Shown in pieces: positions 27,605 through 38,537 of a stretch of 64,000 bases of DNA; position 1 is the first letter of the stretch, and every line of letters begins with the position of its first letter. The position numbers were made by a program, and so were the translations under genes. Under the pieces are notes generated by a model. It was not told the DNA's origin, searched no databases, and saw only the letters and a program-made list of their open reading frames with translations. This DNA is from Candidatus Kapaibacterium sp. (GTDB lineage: Bacteria; Bacteroidota; Ignavibacteria; Kapaibacteriales; UBA2268): positions 800,001 through 864,000 of the forward strand of contig OY761611.1 in NCBI GenBank assembly GCA_963664875.1, read 5' to 3'.

Positions 27605-30600
27605 CTACTTACTTCCGCCAAATCTCAGCTTAAATTCAAATTTCTTTCTTTCCTGCAACTGGTTTCTTTCTCCGCTTGACTGAGAAATAGAGACCTGGCC
27701 AGAGATATTAGGCAAAATACTATTATCAAATAGTTTAAAGAAAGGTATATTTATTATAATCTGATTATCACCCATATTACCAACGGTTGAACCGAGTTGA
27801 TAGTTTAATCCCAACATCTCACCCGAAAATTTCATCTTTGATTCGCTGAATTCGTCTGAGTTTACTTCAATATCCACACTGCTGACCAAGCCGGTTTTCA
27901 TAAGTATATCAGTTAAATATTTAGATGCCTGCCCTGATAGCAATGCTTTCAAATTGTCCACATCAGAAGCTCCGGTAGCATTGTTATCTGCACCTTTAAG
28001 TCTTCCGAAGACTAATAGATACAAAGCATCTTCTTCAATCTTTTTAGGATCCCCTGTGGCTTCCTCGCCGTTAATTGTGTAAATAAATCTGGTTTTTGGA
28101 AGTTCTTTTGTGCCGCTAACTAATATTTTTACTGTATAATTTTTCTGAACAGGCTTTTCGTATATAATCCCTGTGTATTCGGCTGTCAAATCTAAAGTCG
28201 GGTTTTGCAGGTCACCTGTTGGGAAAGTTATCTCTCCATAGGTATTAAACATCTTAGCAAAATTTAGCACTGATGATTCCAATAATTGCAAAGAGCCTAT
28301 TAGCTGAGCATCTTGCTGGTCTCTTAGCTTTTTGTACAATAGAGGTTGGTTTTTGTCTTTGATGGTAACATCTGCAGACAACTGCCCAAGAAATCCCATA
28401 TCCATCTGAACACTTAATTTGTCTAAAATCTTAATTTTAAGATCGTAATTCATTAGCTCAGCAATATCATCACTTGCTTTAAAGCCTTGACTAATCTGCT
28501 CGGGCATTTCAAGTTTCGCATTGTCTATTGCAATTGTTAAAGTCTCATCTTTATTAATTTTATACTTTAATTTTGAATACTGGAGTTTGCCGGTAACCAT
28601 GTCAGGCATCTTAAGAGAAGCATAGACAACATTAACATCACCCTCAAGATTTGGTTTAAGCAATGTACCCCAAAAATGTAAAGGTCTTTTATCGGTAGAA
28701 ATAACGAAATCGCCATACATATCGGGCATACTTTTTACTGTTGAATTATTCATCACCTGAAATTGATTTGCTTTTATAGTCAAATCAATATAATCCGGCA
28801 AAAAATCTTTTAGAGTAACTATACCCTCTACCTGTGCATTTCCTTTGTATTTTTCTTCCTTTACGTTGCTTAGGTTTATCTTCGTAATATTAATTGTGTC
28901 TTTATTTATCTGTATTTTACCTGATGCATTATACATCAGATTAGTTGCATCCAATCTCATTTGTGATTTTAGCAAATCAACATAGCCTTTCCACGTTATA
29001 TCTTTGTTTTCTTCTCCTGAAATATCCAAATATGCGTCTGCTTCTCCCCTTATATTGCTTACATTAGGAACAAATGGCTCTATAAGTAATAGCGGAAACT
29101 TTTCAGCTCGAGCCATGACTCTGAGCTTTGATTTGTGAAGTGTAGTATCAGAAGATATATTTAAAGGAAACGCAAACACATCTGCATATAGTCTTTTGAA
29201 AACTGTTCCGTTTATATTCGACTCTAATCTTGTATAGCCCGAAAGGTTGTTATCTTTGAGTATCATATCTCCATAGTAATATCCAACCGGATTACTATTT
29301 ACAACAATATCGGCAACGTGAAACTTCATTTTGGCTGATGGATTATCTGTTTGTCCATACACTATTACATTTAGTGAATCTACTTTACCCTGCAACTCTT
29401 CTATATACTCAGTTGCGGCTTCCGGCAATACAGGCATCAGATGATTTAGATTGAAATCAGATAGGCTAATTTGAAGATTGTGAATTTCTTTACTATCGAT
29501 ACTGCCATCAATACTAAATTTTTCAAACTTGTCTCTTTGCATTTCAAAATTATTGATATTAAGACCATATCCAGTGAAATCCAAGTTGATATCACCATTA
29601 TTTTGCCATGTCAATTGGTTCAAATAGGTCAACTTCAAATCAGAAAAAGTTAAGTCCAAACCTACGTCTTTAAGCAAAATAGATCCCTTGTTGTTGATTT
29701 TGAAATCGGAATTGAATTTTGAATCAATTTTATATTCGAATTCTTTTCCGTCAAAATTCCATCGAGTGTGCAAACTGTCTATCAAAAAATCATTAAAAAA
29801 CAAGGGGGCATCATTATCAAATGCAAACTTTATCTCCGAAAATTTCGGCAAAGAGTCTTGCAAGGATAAAGCCAATAATCCATTAAACTGTAGGGAATCA
29901 GTCTGAATATATACATCGTCTGTAGCAAATTTGAGATAGCGAATATCGCACTTGCTAAGCGAAAAATTGCTGCGATTTTGGCTTGCAGAGTAATTGAAAT
30001 CTATATCTGCAACCATATCAAAATCTATATCGCCCATTACACTTCTGACTAATGAAGTGTTTTTTACCTTTGCATTAAAAGATAAATCCTGCTCTACAAA
30101 GCTCCCCTGCTTTTCGTAAATAGTAGAATCTATAGGATTGAACTGCATAGCCGAATCAGGCAGCATAGCATTTATCTTACTTTGGATGAAGTCTGTTAAG
30201 TATCCGGACTGATTGCTCAAGGCGTCAATCAAATCAGAATAATTAAACTTGCCTTCGAGATTCAAATCGAGAAAATCAGATTTGACATTAAAATATCTTT
30301 TATTCTCATCGTAATTGTTTTTTATTGCTAATGCAAACGGCATAAGGTATTTATCTGAAAGCAACATTTCAGAAACGTCAGCTTCCAAGCTCGCTTTAAT
30401 TGTATTTATATCGAAATTTTCTCCGTTTATCTTCAAATCAGCAGATAGAACTGATGGCATCACAGAGTTATTAAGCATCCTTGCAAGATTGATTTTATCT
30501 AAGTTTAAGTCAAAAGAATATTTTGCACCATCCGGATTATTCATATTCAGAATGCCCGAAATTAGAAGTTTGGATTTAGAGTAAGGATCGAAATCTTTTG

Positions 30601-32086
30601 ATAAAGAATCATTCGGAAAAACCATAGATAAAGTATCAATCGAGAAGACTCCTCGTTCCAAGGTTTTTAGAGCAACACTCAAACTCTCATATTTAACATC
30701 AGCAATATTACCCTTACTAGCTTTTACTTTTGCATCAATAAGCATTTTTTCAGGGCTCACTCCCTCGCCTTTGATATCTACAGAACCTGTAAAATCAGAT
30801 GAGAAAGAATTTGATTTTAATATCTTTGCGAAGTTTAATTGCTTAAGATTGACTTTAGCACTGTATTTCAAGTCGTCTTGCAGATTCACGCCCAAATCAC
30901 CTTCAAAGCTTCCGGCTTGGCTCTTGAATGAAGCTTGTGCAGAAACTGTGTCAAGATTCCCTTGAGCATTGAGATAAGAAATTGAAGTTTTACCGATGTC
31001 AGGGATATTTTCCCAAGGGATACCAATTATTTTGTCTGCAAGGGATTTGAAATCTACATAAGATGATTTGATTTTTGTATCAAATGAGAAATCATCAGGG
31101 TTTAACAAGTTCTTCAAATTTCCACTGAGAAATATTTTATCAGCAGCAGAAAGATACTCTAACTCTTCTATGTTGAAGTCATTTAATCTGCCGTTTGCTT
31201 TGATTCTAACATCTTGAATGCCTTTATATTTTATAGGCATTTCGACAAAAACATCGGCAATTTCAGGTTTGAAATTCTCAGTTTCAGCTTCAATCTTAAA
31301 CACAGCTTTTTCGAGATTTGCATCATCGAATACATTATATTCAGTCATAGAGACATCACAACTGATTGTCTCATTGTCTCTTTCAATCAAAGCATTTGTA
31401 GCATAGATTCCTTCAGGTGAAAGTTTCAAATCACCGGAATAATTAGTTATTTTAAGACCGCAGTTTCTCTCTTTAGCACTAAGCCTATCTACCGAAAGCT
31501 CGTAATTGTTTGTAAAAAGATTGGCATGGGCACTTACATCAAGATCCAAGTTATCAAAAATCATATCAGAGTAATTGATTTGCTTTCTGTTATCTGTCAG
31601 TTGCAAAGAGTCTATGAGTTCGAAGCGTCCCTTTTTTATTCTAATTCTATCTACAAAAATTTTGAGATTCGTATTTTCAGTGCTTGCTAAAGTGTCTTCA
31701 GAAGGATAAGCAATATGCTCTACATTCATAGTAGAATCTTTGCTTCGCAATATTTTAATTACCGGGGAATTCAGTTCGATACTTTGGAGAGAAATTGTAT
31801 TATCAATCATAGGAAATGCACTTAATTTGATAAATGCTTCCGGCACGTAAGCCACTGTATCGCATCCGGCAATTAGAGATGCGTTGGTAAGCTTGATGCC
31901 ATTAAAGTTAACAAAATCTATGTCTTCTGCGTAGATTTTGCCTTTCAAACTGCTATTGACGGCATCCAGAGCATATTGCAGTAAATACTGTCTGGTAGCC
32001 GGAATTTTTAAAACAACCAATATACCTACAATCAAAAGCAAAAGTAGATATATCAGATATTTCAGTATTTTGAGAAATCTTTTCAT
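27605..32086 (-). CDS. tamB: TamB/AsmA-like translocation and assembly module protein
   Basis: N-terminal signal anchor, 1493 aa beta-rich, C-terminal DUF490-like GEITF...NPTLDLTA...VSGT. Confidence 0.75.
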   Translation of the reverse strand: MKRFLKILKYLIYLLLLLIVGILVVLKIPATRQYLLQYALDAVNSSLKGKIYAEDIDFVNFNGIKLTNASLIAGCDTVAYVPEAFIKLSAFPMIDNTISLQSIELNSPVIKILRSKDSTMNVEHIAYPSEDTLASTENTNLKIFVDRIRIKKGRFELIDSLQLTDNRKQINYSDMIFDNLDLDVSAHANLFTNNYELSVDRLSAKERNCGLKITNYSGDLKLSPEGIYATNALIERDNETISCDVSMTEYNVFDDANLEKAVFKIEAETENFKPEIADVFVEMPIKYKGIQDVRIKANGRLNDFNIEELEYLSAADKIFLSGNLKNLLNPDDFSFDTKIKSSYVDFKSLADKIIGIPWENIPDIGKTSISYLNAQGNLDTVSAQASFKSQAGSFEGDLGVNLQDDLKYSAKVNLKQLNFAKILKSNSFSSDFTGSVDIKGEGVSPEKMLIDAKVKASKGNIADVKYESLSVALKTLERGVFSIDTLSMVFPNDSLSKDFDPYSKSKLLISGILNMNNPDGAKYSFDLNLDKINLARMLNNSVMPSVLSADLKINGENFDINTIKASLEADVSEMLLSDKYLMPFALAIKNNYDENKRYFNVKSDFLDLNLEGKFNYSDLIDALSNQSGYLTDFIQSKINAMLPDSAMQFNPIDSTIYEKQGSFVEQDLSFNAKVKNTSLVRSVMGDIDFDMVADIDFNYSASQNRSNFSLSKCDIRYLKFATDDVYIQTDSLQFNGLLALSLQDSLPKFSEIKFAFDNDAPLFFNDFLIDSLHTRWNFDGKEFEYKIDSKFNSDFKINNKGSILLKDVGLDLTFSDLKLTYLNQLTWQNNGDINLDFTGYGLNINNFEMQRDKFEKFSIDGSIDSKEIHNLQISLSDFNLNHLMPVLPEAATEYIEELQGKVDSLNVIVYGQTDNPSAKMKFHVADIVVNSNPVGYYYGDMILKDNNLSGYTRLESNINGTVFKRLYADVFAFPLNISSDTTLHKSKLRVMARAEKFPLLLIEPFVPNVSNIRGEADAYLDISGEENKDITWKGYVDLLKSQMRLDATNLMYNASGKIQINKDTINITKINLSNVKEEKYKGNAQVEGIVTLKDFLPDYIDLTIKANQFQVMNNSTVKSMPDMYGDFVISTDKRPLHFWGTLLKPNLEGDVNVVYASLKMPDMVTGKLQYSKLKYKINKDETLTIAIDNAKLEMPEQISQGFKASDDIAELMNYDLKIKILDKLSVQMDMGFLGQLSADVTIKDKNQPLLYKKLRDQQDAQLIGSLQLLESSVLNFAKMFNTYGEITFPTGDLQNPTLDLTAEYTGIIYEKPVQKNYTVKILVSGTKELPKTRFIYTINGEEATGDPKKIEEDALYLLVFGRLKGADNNATGASDVDNLKALLSGQASKYLTDILMKTGLVSSVDIEVNSDEFSESKMKFSGEMLGLNYQLGSTVGNMGDNQIIINIPFFKLFDNSILPNISGQVSISQSSGERNQLQERKKFEFKLRFGGSK

Positions 32087-32232
32087 ATAGACAGTTTAAA
32101 TGGAAACAAGCAAGACTAAAATTAGTCAAAAACTGTACCATTAGTTGAAATAATAGTACGTTTATTCGTTAAATGATACGTTTTATTTTGACGAATGTTG
32201 AGTTTGATTTGATTGTCAAATCCTATTAAAGT

Positions 32233-33261
32233 TTAATCGCTGAGAGATTCGTATAAGTATATATAACTTTCGTATCTATCGTAATCTATTTCTCCATTTT
32301 CCACTGCTTCTGCTACAGCACAGTTTGGCTCATGAGTATGCGAACAAGGCTTGTACTTGCAATTAAGCATAAAATCGTCAAATTCGTGGAAATAAAGAGG
32401 TAAATTTTGTTTATCGACCCCGGCAAGTGCAAACTCTCTTATGCCCGGAGTATCAATAACAGTCCCACCAAAAGGGAGGTCAAACTCAGCGACAAAACTT
32501 GTAGTATGCCTTCCCTTATTACTTTTGTCACTGATTTCGCTTACTACTTGTACCTGTTCACCTAAAAGACTGTTTACCAAAGTAGATTTGCCTGCGCCAG
32601 ACTGACCGGAAAAGACTGATGTTTTGTCTTTTAAATGTTCTTCAAGAGGTTTGATCCCTTCACCATAAAGAGCAGACATATACAAGATAGTTATGCCTAA
32701 ATCATGATAAGGCTGCAGAATATCCTGAACATTCATACCCTGTACCAAATCGATTTTATTAACAGCAATGATGGGTTTAATTTTACCAATTTCAGCGGCA
32801 ACTAAGTACCTGTCAATAAGTCTTCTATTCAAATCCGGAGAAAGCAAAGGTGCCATAATAACAAGATTGTCAATATTAGCTGCAATAACATGTTCGGTGT
32901 GCCCCCCATGGATAGCCACTCTGGAGAGCATCGATTTTCTGAGACCTACTTCGACTATAGAGGCACCGGGAAAATCTGAGGCTTCGTCGTAGTTAAGATC
33001 AGGTAAAATATGGACATTATCCCCTACTGCAATTATAGTTTGTCTGAGATTAGGAGAAATAATTTTACCTGCCGGCAAACATTCGTACTTCTCACCTGAC
33101 TGGTCTAAAGCATAAAAAAATCTGCCCTGAGCGGCAATGATTCGTGCTTTAATAGCACCTTCAGGTAATTTGCCTGATTCGCGAATAAGAATTCGTTTTG
33201 GAGCAGAGTTTTTCCTGATAGGAGTTTGTTTTGTTTCTTTGTTTTGATTTCTTTTTTTCAT
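32233..33261 (-). CDS. rsgA: Ribosome small subunit-dependent GTPase A
   Basis: NKID, GQSGAGKS, GRHTT, DTPG (circularly permuted GTPase); CKYKPCSHTHEPNC zinc site. Confidence 0.96.
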   Translation of the reverse strand: MKKRNQNKETKQTPIRKNSAPKRILIRESGKLPEGAIKARIIAAQGRFFYALDQSGEKYECLPAGKIISPNLRQTIIAVGDNVHILPDLNYDEASDFPGASIVEVGLRKSMLSRVAIHGGHTEHVIAANIDNLVIMAPLLSPDLNRRLIDRYLVAAEIGKIKPIIAVNKIDLVQGMNVQDILQPYHDLGITILYMSALYGEGIKPLEEHLKDKTSVFSGQSGAGKSTLVNSLLGEQVQVVSEISDKSNKGRHTTSFVAEFDLPFGGTVIDTPGIREFALAGVDKQNLPLYFHEFDDFMLNCKYKPCSHTHEPNCAVAEAVENGEIDYDRYESYIYLYESLSD

Positions 33262-33393
33262 TCGTTTTATTACGCTAATATTAGATTCTCTTTAATTTAC
33301 ACAAAGTGTGGAAAATAATTTACACAAATCTGTTTGAAAAGGTAAACAAAATTCGTAAGTTGCCTCTAATTAAAAAATAACACAGGATTCTAG

Positions 33394-35106
33394 TTGAATT
33401 ACCGTTGGACATTCAAGAAGCAAGAAGGTAATGAAGAGCATATCCCAAATTTAGCAAGATTATTAAAAATACCCAAAAGTCTTTCTACAGTTTTAGCCTC
33501 AAGGGGCATAAAAAATGAGAAAGAAGCTCAGGTATTTTTTGAACCCAAGTTAGAAGACTTGCACGATCCGTTCCTAATGGATGGAATGGATTTGGCTGTA
33601 AATAGAGTCTTGCAAGCAATCAACTCGGGTGAAAAAATCTGGATACACGGTGACTACGACGTGGATGGCACTTCAAGTACTTCTATGGTCTGCCAGTTCC
33701 TGAAAGAAATAGGCGGAACGGTGGACTATTATATACCCGACAGATTTGATGACGGGTACGGGCTTTCGCGTAAAAGCGTTGATTTAGGACAGGATTTCGG
33801 AGCATCTTTGCTGATAACCGTGGACGTCGGCATTACATCATTTGAAGCATTAGAATATGCCAAATCGCTCGGAATGGAAATCCTGATTTGTGATCACCAT
33901 GAGCCCGGTGATTATCTCCCTGAAGTAACTGCAATTTTAGACCCTATTAAACCCGGTTGTAACTACCCTTTCAAACATTTAGCAGCATGTGGAGTCGCAT
34001 TTAAGTTTGTTCAAGCAATTGCAAAATTTATTGGTGAACCTGACAGAGCTCTCCAATATTTAGATTTTGTTGCTTTGGCTTCTGCGGCTGACATGGTGCC
34101 TTTGATTGGCGAAAACAGAACTTTGGTTTACTACGGATTAGAGCAATTGAATAAACACCCGAGACCAGGCATAAAAGGCTTAGTCTATTGCACAGGGCTA
34201 CGATTAGGCAATATAACCGCATCCAACATTGTATATGCGATTGCTCCGCTTATCAATGCTGCAGGAAGATTAGGAGATGCACGACGCTCTGTTGAGATGA
34301 TGTCTCAGCAAGATGAGAATGCTGCTTTCAGAATTGCTCAGCAGCTCGAAGACGAAAACAGAAAAAGAAGATTCTTTGACCAAAAAACTTTTGAAGATAC
34401 TTTGCCTATCGCCGATAAAATACTTGAAGATCCTGAAAAAAGATCTCTTGTACTTCATGGCGATAATTGGCATGCCGGTGTAATCGGAATTGTTGCTTCA
34501 AGATTGGTGGATAAATATCATCTACCAACTGTGTTGCTTACAACTATTGAAGGCACTGCAAAGGGCTCTGCAAGAAGTATCAATGAATTTGACATACATA
34601 CAGCTTTGAAGCAATGCGAACACTTACTTATTGAATTTGGTGGCCATAAGCACGCTGCAGGACTTTCTATTCCGATAGACAAAATACCTGAATTTAGCAT
34701 TGAATTTAACAAAATTGCATCTTCGCAAATAACTCGTGAAATGCTAATACCTGAAATAGAAATAGATTCAGAACTAATGCTAAATGAGCTATCCCCTAAG
34801 TTTCTCAATATGTTAAGCAAGTTTGCTCCTTATGGTTTTGCAAATTATAAACCTATTTTTTATTCCCATAACGTTAAATCCGTTAACGGAGTAAAAATTG
34901 TAGGTACTAATAATGTTAGATTCAGAGCATTTCAAAATAATTTTGTGATTGATGCCATCGGTATCAACCTGGCATCTAAAATTGATATTATTGCCGGCGG
35001 AAGACCGTTCGATATGGTTTATAATTTAGAAGCCAACAATTTCAACGGTCAAAAATCTCCGCAGTTAACTGTAAAAGATATAAGACCATCGAAAAATGCA
35101 AAATAA
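33394..35106 (+). CDS. recJ: Single-stranded-DNA-specific exonuclease RecJ
   Basis: GDYDVDG, TVDVG, DHH, NAAGRL, GSARS, GGHKHAAG; TTG start. Confidence 0.97.
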   Translation: MNYRWTFKKQEGNEEHIPNLARLLKIPKSLSTVLASRGIKNEKEAQVFFEPKLEDLHDPFLMDGMDLAVNRVLQAINSGEKIWIHGDYDVDGTSSTSMVCQFLKEIGGTVDYYIPDRFDDGYGLSRKSVDLGQDFGASLLITVDVGITSFEALEYAKSLGMEILICDHHEPGDYLPEVTAILDPIKPGCNYPFKHLAACGVAFKFVQAIAKFIGEPDRALQYLDFVALASAADMVPLIGENRTLVYYGLEQLNKHPRPGIKGLVYCTGLRLGNITASNIVYAIAPLINAAGRLGDARRSVEMMSQQDENAAFRIAQQLEDENRKRRFFDQKTFEDTLPIADKILEDPEKRSLVLHGDNWHAGVIGIVASRLVDKYHLPTVLLTTIEGTAKGSARSINEFDIHTALKQCEHLLIEFGGHKHAAGLSIPIDKIPEFSIEFNKIASSQITREMLIPEIEIDSELMLNELSPKFLNMLSKFAPYGFANYKPIFYSHNVKSVNGVKIVGTNNVRFRAFQNNFVIDAIGINLASKIDIIAGGRPFDMVYNLEANNFNGQKSPQLTVKDIRPSKNAK

Positions 35107-38100
35107 TCAGATTGCTCATTACTTTTACGATAGATTAAGAGAACTGACTAATATGAGAAACCTTTCTGCTAAAGAAAGGTTTCTTTTCGTATTCTCTATT
35201 ATCAAAGAAATTTTTGCGAAACTGACCGAAGAAGATTCGAGATACTTCTCTTCCTTTTTTGCTCGTTCTGTATTTATTTTCGACAGACTCAATTTCTCCT
35301 CCGAGCTTAGAAAACAAATCGGCAAAGTCCGCTATTTAGCTTCTGAATTACATAAAAACCCAAATCTTTACTGCACAGAAGATAACTATCTTGCTTCCTT
35401 GCAGATATGTATAAATACACTGAAACATATTTCAGATATAGAAACGCCGGACTTTCTGACAGAGATTTTCCCGGTAAGTGTCGATCTTGATTATTCTTTT
35501 ATCAAAAGTAAATCTGAAAACAAAGATTATTATGACTTCAAAGGAGTAGTCATTGATAAAAGCAATACTCCATTCCTATCCGTAACAATTGAAACAGAGA
35601 GTGCAGAGCATATTACTCTCAGACTTTCTGAAAGTTGGAAAGAGTTATTCGCTCAAGTTTGGAAAGGTGTCGAGCTTAATATCATGGATTGTGAGTTACG
35701 CGATGAAGAAACATCACTCTATGGCTGCACATCACAAACAATCATTGTCCTTTTGCCGGATTATTTGTTCGATGTTACTGATCTTTCCGAGTGCTTCCAG
35801 CAGAAAGGAGCCAATATATTACTTTATTTTTTGAAGAAATTTGTGCCGCATCAAACCGGCTTACCACTATTAGTAGGTAATATCATAAATTCGATGTTAG
35901 ATGAATTGTTATATGATAAAGAAACAGATTTCGACGAACTCCTTGTTAACTCATTGAAATACAAACCACTTCAACTCTTTGCTTTGGCATCAAAGCATCC
36001 GGAAGCTATTAATAGAATAAGAACTATATGTGCTAATCATTTCAATGCTTTACAAAAAACAATTGAGCTTCTTGATTTTGACAATTTTTTTGTTGAGCCA
36101 TCTTTTATGAGCCCTGTCTATGGTTTGCAGGGACGTTTAGATGTGCTTTTGGAATACGACTCAGAGCCAAATAGAAAAAATGTAATCGAATTAAAATCAG
36201 GCTCTGCTCCTGCTACAGATATTGCTTTCAAAATTGATGAAAATCGCTCGGTTAGGGCGGGTATATGGCATAATCATTTCGCTCAGATTACTTGCTATAA
36301 TATGCTTTTAGATTCTACTTATCCCAATCGCAGTGGTAACTCTCAGATACTTTATTCTTCAGCGACAGAGTTCCCTCTGAGAGATGCACCTAATGTACTT
36401 CAAAAAAAGCAAGATATAATAAAAAATCGAAACAGAGCTGTAGCTATAGAATATGCTCTGACACAGAAACAATATTCAGTATTCAAATCACTTAATCCAA
36501 ATGATTTCGGAGACTATCCCCCATATTTATTAGGACAATTAAAATCTTTCGCTTCAATCTATAACGGTTGTGAAGAACATGAAAGAGATTATTTCCATGC
36601 TGCTGTTACTTTCATATTGAATGAACTATTCTTCGAGAAAACCGGATCTGAAGATCATAAACAGCGAAAAGGATTTTCAGCATTATGGAAAGATGGTTAC
36701 GAAGATAAATTGTCAAATATGTCAATAATTAGCAACCTAAATATTGATTTCGATAATTCTGATATGGACAAACTTCATCTTCGCTTTTTAAGAAATGAAG
36801 GAAGTACTAACTCTCAACCTTTCCGTAAAGGAGATATGGTAATACTTTATCCTCTAACGGATAGTACCAAACAAAATCCACTTTCAGGTCAGATAATCAA
36901 AGGCACTTTGAAAGAAATCAATCACGAATATCTATTAGTTAGTATCCGCAATAAATTATTCAAAACAGACTTTTTTACTCAAAATCCAATTTGGGCATTA
37001 GAACATGACCACCTTGATACAAACACTAAAAATTTGTTTAAACAAGTCTATAGCCTTCTTAGCTCTGATAAGCGTAAACGTGATCTGTTTTTCTGCATAG
37101 AAAATCCTCAGACTGATAATCTGAATCTTAACTTTGATGAATTAGACAGTAAGCAGAATAAAATCATTTCAGAGGCTGTAGCAGCAAAAGATTATTATTT
37201 GATACAAGGTCCACCCGGTACAGGAAAAACCTCTTATATCTTACGATATTTGGTAAAATACATATTTGAAAACACCACAGACAAAATTTTGCTTGTCGCT
37301 TATACTAATCGTGCGGTCGATGAGATTGGAAATGCGTTGAAGAAAATCCAACCGGATTTCCCTTTCATCCGATTAGGCAGTAAAGAATCTTCGGTTCATG
37401 AGGAACATATTATAGCTAATCTATCAGACAAGATGCGTCTTAGAGATTTGCAGAAAGTAGTTAAAAATACAAGGGTTTATATAAGCACCGTATCTTCTCT
37501 TAATTCCAATCCCGAACTATTTGAGATACATAATTTTGATGTTGCAATTATAGATGAGGCAGCCCAAATATTGGAACCTCAGCTATTGGGGATAATTTCT
37601 CAGGTCAAAAAGTTTATCATGATTGGAGACGAAAAACAGCTCCCCGCAGTAGTCTCACAAAACAAAGTCACTTTAACAACATCATATAACAGCTTAGTAA
37701 ATTTAGGCTTTACATCATTTTCTGAATCACTTTTTGAACGTCTTTTAAAAAATTCAATTTGCAAAAATCTCGATGGAGTCTTTGGACTTCTTGACAAACA
37801 AGGAAGAATGCATAGTGATATAATGTACTATGCTAATCAACTTATTTACAACAACCAACTAAGCTGTATAGACAGCCTTGAATGGCAACACTCTACTGAT
37901 AATATTTTTACACAAAATGCTTCAGAATTGAGCAAAATTTTGTCAGAAAAACGGGTTGTTTTTATAAACACTCCTAGAGAAAACCTCAGCAAACGTAATA
38001 TCACGGAATCAAAACTCGCTGCAAAAATAATTGAAGAAATCTATTTAATAACTCAAGATGATTTTACAGAAAATACTGTAGGTGTGATTTCTCCTTTCAG

Positions 38101-38437
38101 GATGCAATGTGCAGAGATAACAACATACATTAATAAAGACTTACAACATTTAGTTACCATTGATACAGTTGAAAGATTCCAAGGTTCCGAAAGGGATATA
38201 ATAATATTGTCTTACGCAATAAATTCCCAAACTCAAATAGATAACGCTGTTGCCGAATCCATGATTTCAGATCAACTTATTGACAGAAAGCTAAATGTGG
38301 CAATTACCAGAGCCTCAAAGAATCTAATTATTCTTGGCAATGCATCTGCACTAAGCACCAAGCCCTATTTTGCAAAATTTATTGATTTGATAAAAGAAAA
38401 AGGTAAGTATATTGATTATCAGCAGCTCAAATCTTAG
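35096..38437 (+). CDS. Dna2/Nam7-like SF1B helicase with N-terminal RecB/PD-(D/E)xK nuclease domain
   Basis: GLQGRLD...ELKSG...QITCY nuclease motifs; GPPGTGKT, DEAAQ, GDEKQL, TVERFQGSERD, NVAITRA helicase motifs. Confidence 0.88.
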   Translation: MQNNQIAHYFYDRLRELTNMRNLSAKERFLFVFSIIKEIFAKLTEEDSRYFSSFFARSVFIFDRLNFSSELRKQIGKVRYLASELHKNPNLYCTEDNYLASLQICINTLKHISDIETPDFLTEIFPVSVDLDYSFIKSKSENKDYYDFKGVVIDKSNTPFLSVTIETESAEHITLRLSESWKELFAQVWKGVELNIMDCELRDEETSLYGCTSQTIIVLLPDYLFDVTDLSECFQQKGANILLYFLKKFVPHQTGLPLLVGNIINSMLDELLYDKETDFDELLVNSLKYKPLQLFALASKHPEAINRIRTICANHFNALQKTIELLDFDNFFVEPSFMSPVYGLQGRLDVLLEYDSEPNRKNVIELKSGSAPATDIAFKIDENRSVRAGIWHNHFAQITCYNMLLDSTYPNRSGNSQILYSSATEFPLRDAPNVLQKKQDIIKNRNRAVAIEYALTQKQYSVFKSLNPNDFGDYPPYLLGQLKSFASIYNGCEEHERDYFHAAVTFILNELFFEKTGSEDHKQRKGFSALWKDGYEDKLSNMSIISNLNIDFDNSDMDKLHLRFLRNEGSTNSQPFRKGDMVILYPLTDSTKQNPLSGQIIKGTLKEINHEYLLVSIRNKLFKTDFFTQNPIWALEHDHLDTNTKNLFKQVYSLLSSDKRKRDLFFCIENPQTDNLNLNFDELDSKQNKIISEAVAAKDYYLIQGPPGTGKTSYILRYLVKYIFENTTDKILLVAYTNRAVDEIGNALKKIQPDFPFIRLGSKESSVHEEHIIANLSDKMRLRDLQKVVKNTRVYISTVSSLNSNPELFEIHNFDVAIIDEAAQILEPQLLGIISQVKKFIMIGDEKQLPAVVSQNKVTLTTSYNSLVNLGFTSFSESLFERLLKNSICKNLDGVFGLLDKQGRMHSDIMYYANQLIYNNQLSCIDSLEWQHSTDNIFTQNASELSKILSEKRVVFINTPRENLSKRNITESKLAAKIIEEIYLITQDDFTENTVGVISPFRMQCAEITTYINKDLQHLVTIDTVERFQGSERDIIILSYAINSQTQIDNAVAESMISDQLIDRKLNVAITRASKNLIILGNASALSTKPYFAKFIDLIKEKGKYIDYQQLKS

Positions 38438-38537
38438 TACTTTACTATTATACTGAATTTTATTATATTTAGGTTTGCGGAAAAACCCTTTCAGACAACA
38501 AATTTTATATGTTAAATATATTTGAAGTGTAAGCGAC

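Noticed and set aside
35096-38437. Cas4/defence nuclease
   Set aside because: Housekeeping context (recJ, yebC) and a Dna2-like architecture; no defence neighbours.
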